Below, in pieces: positions 31,323 through 40,762 of a stretch of DNA of 64,000 bases. The position numbers and the translations under genes were made by a program. Source of the DNA: Calditrichaceae bacterium (GTDB lineage Bacteria; Calditrichota; Calditrichia; Calditrichales; JBFXGD01); contig JBFXLE010000001.1 of the NCBI GenBank assembly GCA_050173015.1, positions 192,001 through 256,000 of the forward strand, written 5' to 3'. The notes under the pieces are model-generated. The model was not told the DNA's origin. It did no database searches and saw nothing but the letters and a program-made list of their open reading frames with translations. Each line of letters begins with the position of its first letter. The first letter of the stretch is position 1.

Positions 31323-33245
31323 ATGAAAAACGGCTATAATAATGCCGGTTCATCCAAAAACAGTGTTTATGATGCTCTGCCGCAAAAAAAGGTTCTCAAG
31401 TTTATAATCGATACGGCGACACTGTTTTTTGCCTACGCGCTTGCTTCGCTGCTGCGATTTGACTTCCGACCTACACCGGTACAAATATTAAACGTTCAAA
31501 ATTCCCTTCTGCTGGCGGTTTTTATCCCGACGGTGGTCATTTACGCGCTTAGAGTGAATCACGGAAAATGGCGCTATTCGAGTCTCGCGGATTTGATGAA
31601 TCTGTTTGGGGCGTTTACCGCCGGATGGGCGGGATTTGTTTTTGTACTCTATTTCCTGGATTCCGTGTTCGTGCCAAGAACCGTTCTGCTCATGTACTGG
31701 GTGCTGGGTATGTTTTCACTGAGTGTCACAAGAGCTATGCCCAGAATTTTGACCAAACTGAGAATGTATATGCTCCCTGATAAACGACGCACAATGGTTA
31801 TCGGCGCGGGAGACGCGGGGGAAATGATTATTCGTCAAATGAAAAACAATCCAGAACTGGGCTATTATCCCGTTGCGATCGTGGATGATTCAAAGAAAAA
31901 AATAAATACTAAAATACACGGCGTTAAAGTCTATGGCGGTATCTCTAAATTAACGGAAATCGCCCGGATAAACAAAATAGATGAGATTATTATCGCCACA
32001 CCATCGGCGAGACCGACACAGATGAGACGCATCGTCCAGCTCTGTGAAGCGACCGGCATCGAGTTCAAAACCGTCCCGGGGCCGCGGGAAATTGTAAACG
32101 GTCAGGTCGAACTAAACCAGATCAGAAAAGTTAAAATCGACGATCTGCTCGACCGCAGACCGGTTCAGATTGACTGGGAGAAAATCCGTGAATATGCGAA
32201 GGATAAAGTGGTTTTAATCACCGGGGCGGGTGGATCGATTGGTTCGGAGCTTTCAAGACAAATATTGAAATTGAATCCCAAAAAACTGATCTGTCTCGAC
32301 AGAACCGAAAACAGCCTGTTCTATCTTGAACATGAACTTCGTCAGATGCATGAACAAACCGATTATCAGGTATGTGTGGCGGATATTCTTGATGAGGATA
32401 AAATCAGTTCCGTTCTGACAAAACACCGGCCCCATATGGTGTTTCACGCGGCTGCTTATAAGCATGTACCGTTAATGGAGCTGCATCCGGAAGAGGCCAT
32501 CCGGAATAATGTGATCGGCACGTATAAAATGATGAGCCTTTCAGAGAAATTTGGTGTGGAAAAATTTGTGCTCATCTCAACCGATAAAGCGGTGAATCCA
32601 AGCTCCATCATGGGAGCGACAAAAAGAACGGCGGAACTGATTCTGCAATCATACTCATCAAAAACGGACATGAAACTGATTACCGTCCGTTTCGGGAATG
32701 TGCTCGGCAGCTACGGCAGTGTGATTCCATTGTTTCAAAAACAAATTTCAAACGGCGGACCGGTAACAATAACGCACCCGGATATGAAACGGTTTTTTAT
32801 GACCATTCCGGAAGCGGTGAAACTCATTTTGGAATCAGCGCGTATGGGACAGGGGAATGAAATCTTTGTTTTGGATATGGGTGAACCGGTGAAACTGTTA
32901 AACATCGCGCGGAGATTGATCAGCCTTTCGGGATATGAACCGGACAAAGATATCGCGATTGAAATTATCGGAACAAGACCGGGTGAAAAACTGGAAGAAG
33001 AGCTCTGGAACACAGGAGAAGTCCCGATGAAAACGGATCATCCGAAAATTATGATGGCGCTGGGCAATCATTTCAATCACTGGGATATCATGAGCCAACA
33101 CATTGACGTTTTAAGCGAATATTCCCAGACTTACAATATAAAAGGCATCTATGATAAACTAATGTCGATTATACCGGAATATTCTCCAAACCGGGGTGAT
33201 CAGATTTCCAAACCCGCTAAGACCACTGTAAAAACCCCGGAATAG
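31323..33245 (+). CDS. Membrane-bound UDP-GlcNAc 4,6-dehydratase (PglF/CapD/WbpM-like)
   Basis: Four N-terminal TMs, GAGDAG, TGAGGSIGSE, HAAAYKHVP, STDKAVNP, VRFGNVLGS; start MKNGYN after GGAGG. Confidence 0.92.
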   Translation: MKNGYNNAGSSKNSVYDALPQKKVLKFIIDTATLFFAYALASLLRFDFRPTPVQILNVQNSLLLAVFIPTVVIYALRVNHGKWRYSSLADLMNLFGAFTAGWAGFVFVLYFLDSVFVPRTVLLMYWVLGMFSLSVTRAMPRILTKLRMYMLPDKRRTMVIGAGDAGEMIIRQMKNNPELGYYPVAIVDDSKKKINTKIHGVKVYGGISKLTEIARINKIDEIIIATPSARPTQMRRIVQLCEATGIEFKTVPGPREIVNGQVELNQIRKVKIDDLLDRRPVQIDWEKIREYAKDKVVLITGAGGSIGSELSRQILKLNPKKLICLDRTENSLFYLEHELRQMHEQTDYQVCVADILDEDKISSVLTKHRPHMVFHAAAYKHVPLMELHPEEAIRNNVIGTYKMMSLSEKFGVEKFVLISTDKAVNPSSIMGATKRTAELILQSYSSKTDMKLITVRFGNVLGSYGSVIPLFQKQISNGGPVTITHPDMKRFFMTIPEAVKLILESARMGQGNEIFVLDMGEPVKLLNIARRLISLSGYEPDKDIAIEIIGTRPGEKLEEELWNTGEVPMKTDHPKIMMALGNHFNHWDIMSQHIDVLSEYSQTYNIKGIYDKLMSIIPEYSPNRGDQISKPAKTTVKTPE

Positions 33246-34302
33246 CCCACGAATTACACGAATTATCACAAAAAAAGAAGAATTGTCCACGGATTGCACG
33301 AATTACACAGAAGAAGATTAAAATAATAGGTTTTGTTTTTTAAATCCGTGAAAATCAGTGAAATCAGTGGACCATCTTTAAAGCCGCAAGAGAAGAATTG
33401 TCCACGGATTACACAGATTGCACAGAAAAAGAATTATAAAATTTATTTTAAATCCGTGAAAATCAGTGAAATCAGTGGACTGTCTTTAAAGCAGCAAGAG
33501 AAGAAGAATTGTCCACGGATTGCACGGATTACACAGAAAAAGATTAAACTATAAGACCTTGTTATTTTAAATCCGTGAAAATTAGTGAAATTAGTGGACG
33601 ATCTTTAAAGCCGGAAGAGAAGAAGAATTGTCCACGGATTGCACGAATTAACACTAAGAAGAGAAAAATAAAATAATTGTTTTTTCTAAATCCGTGAAAA
33701 TCAGTGAAATCAGTGGACTATCTTTAAAGCCGCAAGAGAAGAAGAAGTGTCCACGGATTGCACGGATTACACAAAAAAAGAGAAAAATAAAATAATTGTT
33801 TTTTCTAAATCCGTGAAAATCGGTGAAATCAGTGGACTGTCTTTAAAGCCGCAAGAGCAGAAGAATTGTCCACAGATTGCACGGATTACACAGAAAAAGA
33901 TTAAACTATAAGACCTTGTTATTTTAAATCCGTGAAAATTAGTGTAATTAGTGGACGATCTTTAAAGCCGGAAGAGAAGAAGAATTGTCCACGGATTGCA
34001 CGGATTACACAGAAAAAGATTAAACTATAAGACCTTGTTATTTTAAATCCGTGGAAATTAGTGTAATTAGTGGACGATCTTTAACGCCGGAAGAAAAGAA
34101 GAATTGTCCACGGATTACACAGAAAAAGATTAATATATTAGGTTTTGTTTTTTTAATCCGTGAAAATCAGTGAAATCAGTGGACTGTCTTTAAAGCCGCA
34201 AGAGCAGAAGAATTGTCCACGGATTGCACGGATTACACAGAAAAAGATTAAAAGAATAGGCTTTGCTTTTTAAATCCGTGAAAATTGGTGAAATTAGTGG
34301 AC
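33245..34302 (+). repeat. Tandem array of nine ~109-119 bp palindromic (REP/REPIN-like) units plus a leading half unit
   Basis: gtccac starts at 33285, 33400, 33511, 33630, 33749, 33868, 33987, 34106, 34215; each unit closes with gtggac; conserved linker resembling tctttaaagccgcaagagaagaagaatt. Confidence 0.95.
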
Positions 34303-34336
34303 AAAATAAGTTTTTTAATAAGTCGGGTGAAATGAT

Positions 34337-34990
34337 ATGCGAATTATAAGCAAAATTGATGGGCTGAAATTTGGGATTATTCACGCTGAAAACGTAAAAG
34401 TTTGTGATAATGATGAAAAATTTGATAAGATATTTGAAGAATTAGAGGAACAAACACATCTTAAATTTGCAAACACCCGCCCTTCTGAAAATGATATCGT
34501 CAGTCATGTGCGCCGGATGTACCGCCGGATAGGATGGGAACCGACAAAATACAGGCCGTCATCAGAAGCATTAGTCCGACGTATTCTTCAGGGCAAGGGT
34601 TTTTACAGAATCAATAATTTTGTGGATTACGGCAATCTGGTGTCCGCGAAATATCATCTGCCGCTCGGATTGTATGATGTTGACAAAATTCTCGGTGACA
34701 TTGTTGTGGATGTCGGCAAGGCGGGGGAAAGCTATCAGGGGATAAGTAAGCCGGTGATTCATGCCGAAGGGAAAATGATCCTGAGGGATGAGGCGGGGAT
34801 CTTTGGTAATCCGACAGCCGATTCACTCAGAACCTCAATCACAGATGAAACAACACAGGTTCTTGCCGTTTTCTTTTGCCCGCCCGAAGTCAGCGATGAA
34901 CATCTGAAAAAAACGCTCAATACACTTTCCGAATATTACCTGCCTTTCTGCAAAAACAAAAAAATTGATCAAAACATTGTTAAGAATTAA
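34337..34990 (+). CDS. Stand-alone B3/B4 (PheRS beta editing-like) domain protein
   Basis: PTKYRPSSEALVRR, INNFVD.GN, LPLGLYD, GNPTADS.RT. Confidence 0.85.
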   Translation: MRIISKIDGLKFGIIHAENVKVCDNDEKFDKIFEELEEQTHLKFANTRPSENDIVSHVRRMYRRIGWEPTKYRPSSEALVRRILQGKGFYRINNFVDYGNLVSAKYHLPLGLYDVDKILGDIVVDVGKAGESYQGISKPVIHAEGKMILRDEAGIFGNPTADSLRTSITDETTQVLAVFFCPPEVSDEHLKKTLNTLSEYYLPFCKNKKIDQNIVKN

Positions 34991-35131
34991 GATAAAAGAA
35001 AAAAGAATAAGGGGAATTTAAAAATCAACCTTTTCCCCGTGAATAAATTAGAATCAGATTATTATGATCTGACACACCGTTATTTGCATATAGCTATATT
35101 ATTGTTTAATTGACAAGTCATCATCTTTCTT

Positions 35132-36850
35132 TTATTTCACATAAATCATCTTTCGTGTCAGACTGCTCTCCTTCCCCGAAACCAGATCTTTTGCGACTAT
35201 CCTGTAAAAATATATGCCCGAGGCAAGATCATTCCCATATATGGTTTTACTTCCCCGGCCACTCACGACCGCGTCATATAATTTTCTTACTTTTCTTCCT
35301 AATATATCATATAAATCAATGGTGACGCGACTTTCTCCCACAACTGAAAATCTGATAACCGTAAAATAGTTGAACGGATTAGGGTAGTTTTGTCCAAGCA
35401 AAAATAGATCGGGACTTTCTCCGCCACCCGCGTAATTCCATGAAGCGAAATTATAGGCCTCCGTCATGTTCACAATTCCCCATCCCAATAATTTGTCGGG
35501 ATTATGTGACTGACTGGCGGTTGCTTTTAATGAGTTGACCACCTGAGCAGGTGTCAGATCCGGAAAAGCCTGAAGCAGAAGCGCGATTGAGCCGGCGACC
35601 AGCGGACAGGAAAATGAAGTCCCCGATGCGGTTGTAAATGAAGTGGTTGTGAAATCCGATGCCACTTTTACACCGGATGACATGGCGGCCATATCGGGTT
35701 TGATTCTGCCGTCAGCGGTGGGACCGACAGATGATCCTCCCCAGCGGGTACCATCAGCAAGCACGCCCCCCACAGCAATGACATTCTTCCCGTCAGCGGG
35801 AGCGATCAATGTGTTTTGTGAAGCATTGAATCCTTCATTGCCTGCCGAATTGACGACAATCAGGCCGCGGTTAACCGCTTTGTCGGCGGCGATGGTAGTC
35901 ACCGCTGTTACCCCGTCCATATCATCGGGAGTGTACCAGTCGATATAACCCAGAGAACTGCTCACGATATCGGCGCCCTGATTCTCGGCCCATTCCAGCC
36001 CGGCCACCCAGTAGTCTTCTTCCACAGGCGTTTCGCCAAAATCGTCTTCTGTTTTACCCAGTAAAAAAGTAGCTTTGTATGCCGGCCCGATCAACTCCCC
36101 CTGAGCATAGCCCGCGATGGTAGAGAGCGTCTTGGTGCCATGTTTACCCGATCCGTCGTTATCATCAACGGTCTCGTCATTGTTGATAAAATCCCATGTG
36201 CCCATGACCTTTAGCGAATCAAACACAATATGCTGATCGTATTTCGCGAATCCGTCATCAAGCATACAAATCAAAACACCCTCGCCATTCAACCCATCGG
36301 TATGCAAAACAGGAACCTGGATTTGCGCCAGTTGAGTGATCGAACTGCCGTAGTCAATCTCTCCTGTTCCTTTCGGTAAACGGTAACGATCCGCCTCATA
36401 AACTTCACCGGATTCCGGTTCATTACGCTGATAACCCAATACAGGCGTGACCCGGTCAATAAATTCATACCGGTTTAATTCACTGATATCATCTCTGTTG
36501 ATATCGATGCTTACCGCGTTCAGCCATTTCGATCGAATTCTAACTTTTGCGGCAAATGGGAGAAGCATATTGATATAAGTTTCGTTGACGGGTATATCGT
36601 CATAATCATATAGTTGACCGGCAGGTCTGACTTTAAGCCGTCTGGTGACCGCGCGTTCGGTCAGATATTCGGTCTGTTTTCTTAGGTTTGTATCAGAATG
36701 GGGGCCTTTGTCCTTGAAATATATCCATACAGGAATAATTTGTTTGTCAGTTTTTTCTATATACCGTTCAATTTCTGTTTGCTGAGCATATAAATTGGTG
36801 TGAACCGATAAGATTAAAAAGATTAAAGCAAACAATAACAATCGTAGCAT
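35132..36850 (-). CDS. Secreted S8 (subtilisin-like) peptidase with C-terminal secretion/sorting domain
   Basis: Signal peptide; LDDG, HGT, SAGNEG, GTSFSCP catalytic motifs; QNYPNPFN...ASGIYFY tail. Confidence 0.92.
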   Translation of the reverse strand: MLRLLLFALIFLILSVHTNLYAQQTEIERYIEKTDKQIIPVWIYFKDKGPHSDTNLRKQTEYLTERAVTRRLKVRPAGQLYDYDDIPVNETYINMLLPFAAKVRIRSKWLNAVSIDINRDDISELNRYEFIDRVTPVLGYQRNEPESGEVYEADRYRLPKGTGEIDYGSSITQLAQIQVPVLHTDGLNGEGVLICMLDDGFAKYDQHIVFDSLKVMGTWDFINNDETVDDNDGSGKHGTKTLSTIAGYAQGELIGPAYKATFLLGKTEDDFGETPVEEDYWVAGLEWAENQGADIVSSSLGYIDWYTPDDMDGVTAVTTIAADKAVNRGLIVVNSAGNEGFNASQNTLIAPADGKNVIAVGGVLADGTRWGGSSVGPTADGRIKPDMAAMSSGVKVASDFTTTSFTTASGTSFSCPLVAGSIALLLQAFPDLTPAQVVNSLKATASQSHNPDKLLGWGIVNMTEAYNFASWNYAGGGESPDLFLLGQNYPNPFNYFTVIRFSVVGESRVTIDLYDILGRKVRKLYDAVVSGRGSKTIYGNDLASGIYFYRIVAKDLVSGKESSLTRKMIYVK

Positions 36851-36947
36851 GGATTTTTCCCCGTAAAATATATTCTTTTACCCGTCGTTCGGAAATTGAT
36901 TTAATAAATAAAATGCGTTTTAAAATTAAAAGTTCATATTAGCCGTA

Positions 36948-37934
36948 TCAGGTATTTTTTTGATTTCTGAAATATTGAAGTTCCTCATCTAATTCAAGAT
37001 ACGGATATTCATTTTTTAATGCACTGATAAATTGGATCTGCTTATCCAAAAATTTTTGGTGCGCCGGCGAATCCGGATTTCTTACCCTGTGCGAGCGCGC
37101 CGATGCCAGTTTTTCCAGTTTTGCCACGGCGGTTCCGGCATTATGGGTCAGCCATGTTTCACGAAATTTATCCCAGATATAGTCAGTCGCGGCGCGGTTC
37201 GGATGTACAAGATCAGAGTCATAAAACCGGTAATCCCTCAGATCATCCATCATAATTTCAAAGGAAGGAAAATAGAAACAATTTTCATTCTCATTTACAG
37301 TTTTATCAACGGCAAGAAGCAGGGTGGATTTACTTAGTTGATTTTGAACCGGACCGTCTTTAAGATGACGTACCGGGCTGACCGTCATGATGACTTTGAT
37401 CATCGGATTAATCCGCGCGAGCATCTGAAGCGTTTTTTGAAGATAGTCATAAACCTGATCCGCTCGTAAGCGGAAGTGATCGAATTCTTGTGATGGAATT
37501 TTATGGCAATTGGAAACAATTAATCCGGATTGTGTATGCCTGAACACATAGGCTGTGCCAAAGGTTAAAATAAGCCAGTTTGCTGTTTTTAAAAAATCGG
37601 CCGCGGAATTCAATTCCCGGTTAATATTTTCGATACATGTTTCCGCTTTGTGATGGGAAAAATCACTGTGATGAAAAAAGCTGTGCCATTCATCGTCATG
37701 AAATATCAGATCAGACGGTTTGAATCGTTTATTTTCGATTAAAAGTTTAACCCCTGAATAGATCGACGCGGGATTATAGAGAACGCCAAATGGATTTTCA
37801 AGGATTTTAAACCGGGATTTCTTCATATATTGGGCGATATTGGTGGCAAAACATGATCCCATTGATAAAATGTTGTGATCGTGTTCCATCAAAACCGGAC
37901 TTTTATCCGGATTAATCTCTGTACGAAATTGCAT
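36948..37934 (-). CDS. GSCFA domain protein (SGNH/GDSL-like)
   Basis: MGSCFA, NPFGVLYNP, SNCHK, TVSPVRH, YFPSFE, DLVHP. Confidence 0.9.
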   Translation of the reverse strand: MQFRTEINPDKSPVLMEHDHNILSMGSCFATNIAQYMKKSRFKILENPFGVLYNPASIYSGVKLLIENKRFKPSDLIFHDDEWHSFFHHSDFSHHKAETCIENINRELNSAADFLKTANWLILTFGTAYVFRHTQSGLIVSNCHKIPSQEFDHFRLRADQVYDYLQKTLQMLARINPMIKVIMTVSPVRHLKDGPVQNQLSKSTLLLAVDKTVNENENCFYFPSFEIMMDDLRDYRFYDSDLVHPNRAATDYIWDKFRETWLTHNAGTAVAKLEKLASARSHRVRNPDSPAHQKFLDKQIQFISALKNEYPYLELDEELQYFRNQKNT

Positions 37935-38201
37935 GATTAATTCTCTTAATGATAAAAGGATGATTTAATTTAATGAAAATTGATTGTTTTTTCAGGATTA
38001 AATGACCTTGTATGAGAATTACCGCGTATTTCGGGTTTTATTTATAGCATGTATTTTTTAAATTAAGAATAAACCGATTCTCAGTTCGGGGGCATCAATG
38101 AGCAGTTAATCAATGATTTAGGCTTATTTGGTAATTTATAGATATTTAAATTTCACTGACTGAGACCATCTAGGAAATTAGATAAAAAAATGGAGATTTA
38201 A

Positions 38202-39038
38202 ATGGGATTTTGGGGCAAAGCAATAGGGGCAGGTTTGGGGTTCATGGTTGGAGGCCCGCTGGGGGCCATCATCGGAGGCGCGATCGGACATTCCTTTGAT
38301 GCCGACTCGGGGAACGGCAGGAAGCAACAGGTACAGTGCCCGCATTGCGGGAATAAAGTAATTATCGACCATCCCGGGAATTGGAGCTGTCCTTATTGCG
38401 GAAAACAAATAGGATATTCCGATGTTGGTAATGACTATGATCGTCAGTTTGTATTTTATGTGAGTCTTGCATCGCTGGCGGCAAAAATGGCAAAGGCCGA
38501 CGGTGTGGTCACCGATGATGAGGTGAAAGCATTTGATCATTTTGTCAGAGCGGATCTGGGATTAAAAGATGAGGAACGGAAGATTGTCGCGCGGCTTTTT
38601 AATGAGGCGAAAAAATCGCCGGAAGATGGTTTAAGCTTTGCCAGACAATTTAAAAGCCTGATCGGGTATCAGCCGGATGTCGCGCAAATGATGATCCAGC
38701 TGCTGTTCAGGATCTCCATGGCCGACGGACATTTTCACCCGGCGGAAGAGCAGTTTATCCGGCAGGTCGCTTCGGTGCTTGGAATTTCGCAAATGGAATA
38801 TGATCAAATAATGGCGATTTATGTCAAGAATAATGACGGAGCTTACCGCATACTTGGGCTGACTCCTCAGGCAACCGATGATGAAATAAAAAAATCATAC
38901 AGAAAATTGGTTGTGGAATATCACCCTGATAAGTTAATGGCAAAGGGCATTCCGGAAGATTTTATAAAAATAGCCAATGAAAAAATGGCCGAAATAAACA
39001 ACGCCTATAACGCGCTAAGAAAAGAACGGGGATTCTGA
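38202..39038 (+). CDS. DjlA-like co-chaperone (TerB + J domain) with zinc-ribbon insertion
   Basis: WGKAIGAGLG...GGPLGA N-terminal anchor, AKMAKADG TerB motif, HPD J-domain motif, CPHC...CPYC insert. Confidence 0.85.
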   Translation: MGFWGKAIGAGLGFMVGGPLGAIIGGAIGHSFDADSGNGRKQQVQCPHCGNKVIIDHPGNWSCPYCGKQIGYSDVGNDYDRQFVFYVSLASLAAKMAKADGVVTDDEVKAFDHFVRADLGLKDEERKIVARLFNEAKKSPEDGLSFARQFKSLIGYQPDVAQMMIQLLFRISMADGHFHPAEEQFIRQVASVLGISQMEYDQIMAIYVKNNDGAYRILGLTPQATDDEIKKSYRKLVVEYHPDKLMAKGIPEDFIKIANEKMAEINNAYNALRKERGF

Positions 39039-39040
39039 AA

Positions 39041-39505
39041 ATGAATGATGAAATCATTAAAGATGAAATGAATCGGGATCAAAGAGATTTTTATCAGAAT
39101 ATGAGAAAACAGATTCACGCCTATCTGAAAAGAAAGAATTTCAAGCATGCGGAGTTGTTGATGCTGGCTCCTGATTTCTTTCACTTACTGGTAAAACTGA
39201 GCCTGGATAGTCGTGTGCCGAATGACAAGAAAGTGAAGTTTGCGGCGGGTGTGGCTTATTTTATCATGCCTATCGATTTCCTACCCGAAGCGATTCTCGG
39301 GCCGATCGGCTACATGGACGATTTGGCTGTGGCGGCATATATTCTGAATGATTATCTTAATAATAATGATCCGGATATTATCTACGAACACTGGGCCGGT
39401 GAAGGAGATGTCCTGGCATCCATCCAAAATATCGCCACAACGGCAAATTATTTTCTGGGCGAAGGGCTTTGGACAAGGATTAAAAAGAAATTTTCACAGT
39501 TTTGA
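39041..39505 (+). CDS. YkvA/DUF1232 family protein
   Basis: AYFIMPIDFLPE..LGPIGYMDD. Confidence 0.88.
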   Translation: MNDEIIKDEMNRDQRDFYQNMRKQIHAYLKRKNFKHAELLMLAPDFFHLLVKLSLDSRVPNDKKVKFAAGVAYFIMPIDFLPEAILGPIGYMDDLAVAAYILNDYLNNNDPDIIYEHWAGEGDVLASIQNIATTANYFLGEGLWTRIKKKFSQF

Positions 39506-39572
39506 CAGCGCGAAAAGAAGGTATTGTAGTTAACAGTCTGTATAAAATACAAATTTGAGAAAACAGACCATC

Positions 39573-40718
39573 ATGTCAACTTTAAATGCGCAAATTTTTC
39601 CGTCTTATCACATAATCCCGCTGCATTCTCATATCCCGACTCCCGCGCTGCTGATTCTCGAAAACAGGTTGATCGATAATATTCACGCGATGCAGAAGCT
39701 CGCCGACAGTCACTCCTGCAGACTACGTCCGCATATAAAGACGCATAAATCCACAAACATCGCATTGCGTCAGATAGAGTCAGGCGCCAACGGAATTACG
39801 GTGGCAAAGCTTTCTGAAGCGGAAATTATGGCGGACGCGGGAATCGAAGACATTTTCATCGCCAATCAGATCACGCAGCAAATAAAAATGAGCAGGTTAA
39901 AAGAACTCCATGATAAAATACGGCTGATTGTCGGGTTGGATCATCCCGATCAGATCTCAGCGCTGGAAAATACTTTTCACAACTCTGACAAGCCTTTAGA
40001 AGTTCGGATCGAAATCGACAGCGGATTGCACCGCTGCGGGATGGCGGTGGATGAGTCACTTGTCACGCTGGCAAAAAAAATCAAAAAAACTGACTGGCTT
40101 GAGATGGAAGGTATTTTTACACATGCGGGTCACGCCTATGCCGCTTCTTCGACGGAAGAAATTATGAAAATCGGGATTCATGAAGGAGCCGTTATGGAAA
40201 ATGCAGAGCGGCTGCTCAGGCAAAATGGTATGGACATGAAGACGGTCAGTACCGGATCAACACCGACGGTACGCTGGTCGGCGGCGAATCCATCCGTGAA
40301 TGAAATAAGACCGGGGAATTATGTATTCTATGACGGGATTCAGATGGCTCTTGGCGTCTGCGGACCTGAGATATGCGGGTTGTTTGTGATGTCAACGGTT
40401 ATTTCGCAACCGTCTGAAAATCAAATCGTCATCGACGCCGGCAGTAAGGCGCTTAATCTGGATCGCGGCGCGCATTCTGCATCGCTGTTGTCTGGATATG
40501 GCGCGTTGATCAATGTTGACGGTGAAATTGTAAGGTTATCCGAAGAACACGGTGTGGTCCGGCTTCACCATCCGCATCCGGTTCAGGTTGGCAGTCCGGT
40601 GATCATCATACCCAACCATGCCTGCGCCGTTGCCAATTTGTTCGAAAAATACTATCTTATCGGTAATGATAAGCCAATCAAAGAAATTCCCGTTTCCGCC
40701 CGGGGGAATAGTCAATAA
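39573..40718 (+). CDS. PLP fold-type III enzyme (D-threonine aldolase/D-serine dehydratase-like)
   Basis: RPHIKTHK PLP lysine, RPGNYVFYD, DAGSK, SEEHG, PNHAC. Confidence 0.85.
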   Translation: MSTLNAQIFPSYHIIPLHSHIPTPALLILENRLIDNIHAMQKLADSHSCRLRPHIKTHKSTNIALRQIESGANGITVAKLSEAEIMADAGIEDIFIANQITQQIKMSRLKELHDKIRLIVGLDHPDQISALENTFHNSDKPLEVRIEIDSGLHRCGMAVDESLVTLAKKIKKTDWLEMEGIFTHAGHAYAASSTEEIMKIGIHEGAVMENAERLLRQNGMDMKTVSTGSTPTVRWSAANPSVNEIRPGNYVFYDGIQMALGVCGPEICGLFVMSTVISQPSENQIVIDAGSKALNLDRGAHSASLLSGYGALINVDGEIVRLSEEHGVVRLHHPHPVQVGSPVIIIPNHACAVANLFEKYYLIGNDKPIKEIPVSARGNSQ

Positions 40719-40762
40719 TTAATGTCTGTTTGACACTCTGACACTATATAAGAGCATTCTTG

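Noticed and set aside
33245-34302. CRISPR array interpretation of the tandem repeat
   Set aside because: The conserved part is ~85 bp (too long), the variable segments recur identically (units 3/6/7 and 4/5) and resemble each other, and no cas genes or leader are visible
33333-34384. Short ORFs 33333-33554 (+) and 34190-34384 (-)
   Set aside because: They are translations of the DNA repeat (SVKISEISG units); unit lengths are mostly not multiples of three, so frames are not maintained
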